A stretch of DNA of 64,000 nucleotides from the human T2T-CHM13v2.0 reference genome, Homo sapiens, in NCBI RefSeq assembly GCF_009914755.1, contig NC_060926.1, one strand, 5' to 3'. Position 1 is the first letter of the stretch; the number at the start of each line of letters is the position of its first letter. This document shows, one piece after another, positions 59,836 to 64,000 of the stretch. A program made the translations under genes and the position numbers. A model generated the notes under the pieces. It was not told where the DNA came from and ran no database searches. It saw only the letters and a list, made by a program, of their open reading frames with translations.

Positions 59836-60586
59836 CTAAGGAAAGAACGGATTATATCTTTCTAATGTGGCATGTGAAATATTAAGCCGAGGAAGTATCA
59901 ACTGAAATATTTACTTTATTTTATAGGTCATTAAAGAAAAAGAATCCTTTTGAAAACTTGAAAGCAGTAATAAAATAGAAGCCTTTTACTTTCAAGGTCA
60001 TGATTTCCATCATTAATATTTAGTGTTTCCTTCAATTTTGGTCAATAAAATTTTCACTTTATAATAAAAGTCAATCATAACAAATATTAATTGCAAACTA
60101 TTGAAACAATGTAGCAATGTACAAAGTAAAATGTGAACCTTCTCTGTGGCCTCTCATATCTTACTTTCCCTCCTTCCCTCTCAGGGAATAGCTACTATTA
60201 ATGGTTAATGAACATTATTCTAGATATTTTGGACATGTAGTTCTCTATTTCATTTAAAAATAAATTATTTTGATTTTTTTACAACTAGGAATGCCCCCAA
60301 TAAACTAGTCTAAGAAATTAATAAATGAATAACTGAATGAATACAGATATTGGTTTGAAATGTCCTCTGACATTTGGTGAGTCCCAGCTAGTTTTAACTC
60401 CCTGGTCCCAGTATATGCCACAGTTAAGAGACACCAGTGGGACCTCACAAGTCAAGATAAAGAAGGGCTTGGCTGTGAGATGACATTACATCCACTGAAT
60501 AAAGCTCTATGGATCTCAAAAGACCATTTCAGGTCCAGATATCCATCCCTCCTGTTTGGACTCCTGCATATGAGGGGAACATTTGA

Positions 60587-60921
<335 letters not shown>

Positions 60922-61166
60922 TTACTTCTGATAAGATTCATTCATCTTTACCAGCTGGCTTTAAAAATTAGACCCAGACACATTTTCACTATAGATAGAA
61001 TCATGGAATTTAGAGTTACACTGAACTGTGTATTTCTAAATTGTGAGCACCCAGACTTCCATGCTGCAAGGATAAAAATCATGAAGGCTGAAGTTACAGG
61101 AGTTGTATGAAACAGATATTTAATGGAATTTAACGGGATGTTGGAGCTGGTTTAGGCTGGCTTCTA

Positions 61167-61465
61167 TTTTTTTTTTTTTTTTTTTGAGATGGAGTTTCGC
61201 TCTGTTGTCCAGGCTGGAGTGCAGTGGTACGATCTCAGATCACTGCAACCTCCGCCTCCTGGGTTCAAGCAATTCTCTGCTTCAGCCTCCTGAGTAGCTG
61301 GGATTACAGGCACCTGCCACCACACCTGGCTAATTTTTGTATTTTTTAGTAGAGATGGGGTTTCACCATCTTGGCCAGGCTGGTCTTAAACTCCTGACCT
61401 CATGATCCACCAGCCTCAGCTTCCCAAAGTGCTGGGATTACAGGCTTGAGCCACCCCGCCTGGCC
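61167..61465 (-). mobile_element. Alu (AluS-like)
   Basis: Reverse Alu; TSD ctggcttctatttt. Confidence 0.95.
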
Positions 61466-62156
61466 AGACTGGCTTCTATTTTTAAGCCACTTTACCAGGA
61501 CATCACTGCATGGATATTTTTGAAAATTTCATGGTTACTCTCTATATATTTAAAATTTATTGTTGAAATCAAATAAATTAACAACTAATGAACTTAACTG
61601 ATTTGATCACACACAGCATTTTTAAATTCTCTTCCATAAAACTTGGGTAATAAAGGTAAACAATTCACCTACAAAAAGCAACAGTCACCTTTTAAAGAAT
61701 CAAAGCACACTTTTAATTTTCAATTTTCGTTTTGTTAGTCCTCTAAAATTCCTTAAGCATATCATACGTACATTTTCCCCACATGCATATGCATGAATGC
61801 CTTGGGCTTTAATATTCCATTTGTTCCTTCCTCTTTACACCTTCCTCTCAAAGTCTCCTGTGGCCTACTCTCACTCTGAACCCAAAGATGTCTGCCTAAT
61901 AAATATATGAGTACTTTTAAAACTGTTTTCCCGAAGTATATCCTAAAGACTCGAGGTGGAAGAATTCCTGCACTGGAGATTGTGAATTTTTTGTCTCAGG
62001 AGATGAAGGGAGTGAGATGGTGGCACACTTCCCAAGCTGCAGAGCTGGACCATGATGAATCTGAGCTACAGCATGGCGAGGTCAAGGGGAACAGGCCTGG
62101 GATGCATGGGCAGAACTGTAGGCTTTTGGGAGTTTTGTTAGAAACAAGGAGGATGA

Positions 62157-62551
<395 letters not shown>

Positions 62552-62793
62552 ATTCCCAGGAAACTGGAACTCACGCTGGCCAAGTGCCCAACAACATTGC
62601 ACCTTTTAGAGGACTAAACCAGATATCTCCCCTGACTTCCTCAGATCTTCCACACTTACTCCTTGGATGATGGAAATTCCTTTAATAGTGGAGAAAACCA
62701 TTCACTTCACAATTTAAAAAGAAAAAAAAAAGAAAATACAAATAGCTTGGGAAAAGTTTACTGTGAATGCTTTGGTGTCAAATGATAATATCA

Positions 62794-63159
<366 letters not shown>

Positions 63160-63160
63160 G

Positions 63161-63478
<318 letters not shown>

Positions 63479-63734
63479 TCAGGTCTTTTCCCACTGTGAT
63501 GATTAGAGATGGTTAGAGTGGAAGGTGCAGGGCTCCTGAAAGAAAACTAGGGTGTGAGGGTTACCACTGAAAGGGGTCACGGAAAGCAAACCTCAATCGG
63601 GGAAGATAAACTGCTGGACACAATCATGCTGGCTATTATCAGTTCATTTATTCTTAGGCTGCTCACAGGTGTGTTTTGTGACCTGTCTATACAAGCAGAT
63701 GCATACTGGTAGGAACTAGAAGAGAATTTTAGTC

Positions 63735-63850
63735 CAATCCACTCTTCTTACAGATGAGAAAACAGGCACTGAGATGTTAAGCGTCGTTTTCGTCAGCTAA
63801 CAAGTTAGTGACAGAGCAGGAATTGCAACAGTGAGGTTTCCTGACCCCAG
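63735..63850 (+). mobile_element. MIR fragment
   Basis: ttacagatgagaaaacaggcactgagatgttaag...agttagtgacagagcaggaatt MIR core. Confidence 0.55.
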
Positions 63851-64000
63851 TAGAGCTTAACAACAGAGAGATACGAACCATTTTTACCTTTGTGTTAGAT
63901 TTTCTCTCCCTCCCAGGTAGGAGGCTCTCATCTCCAGAAGTGGAGAGCAGAAATAGCAGAAAAGCAAAAATAGGATTTGCGAGTTAAGAGTTATGGAACT

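Overview
Human-like (Alu/L1PA-rich primate) genomic DNA carrying the 3' half of DOCK10, a DOCK-D family Cdc42/Rac GEF, on the minus strand. I assembled 29 GT-AG coding exons by hand from 59835 down to the TGA at 1908-1910. All phases match and the total is 3525 nt (1174 aa plus stop), covering the ARM-like region and the whole DHR2 catalytic domain. A ~0.6 kb 3'UTR follows, with AATAAA at 1295-1300. Exon numbers 28-56 assume the 56-exon model recalled from memory. Introns hold ~30 Alus, a 5'-truncated L1PA nested in an older L1M, several LTRs, DNA-transposon relics and simple repeats; repeat boundaries are approximate. I found no novel stand-alone system. The most interesting signal is an alternative-splicing layer the ORF track misses. 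First, a 6-nt microexon (AV) and a 36-nt exon (QPIQSVLQSVPE) lie inside the DHR2 coding region and mirror the DOCK9 AA+QYQFTDSETDVE insert. Second, a 76-nt frameshifting penultimate exon makes the last exon dual-coding and reads through into a hydrophobic tail. There are also symmetric cassette-like exons, a stop-free 81-nt intron and two strong intronic hairpins. Some of these isoforms may already be annotated; I could not check.
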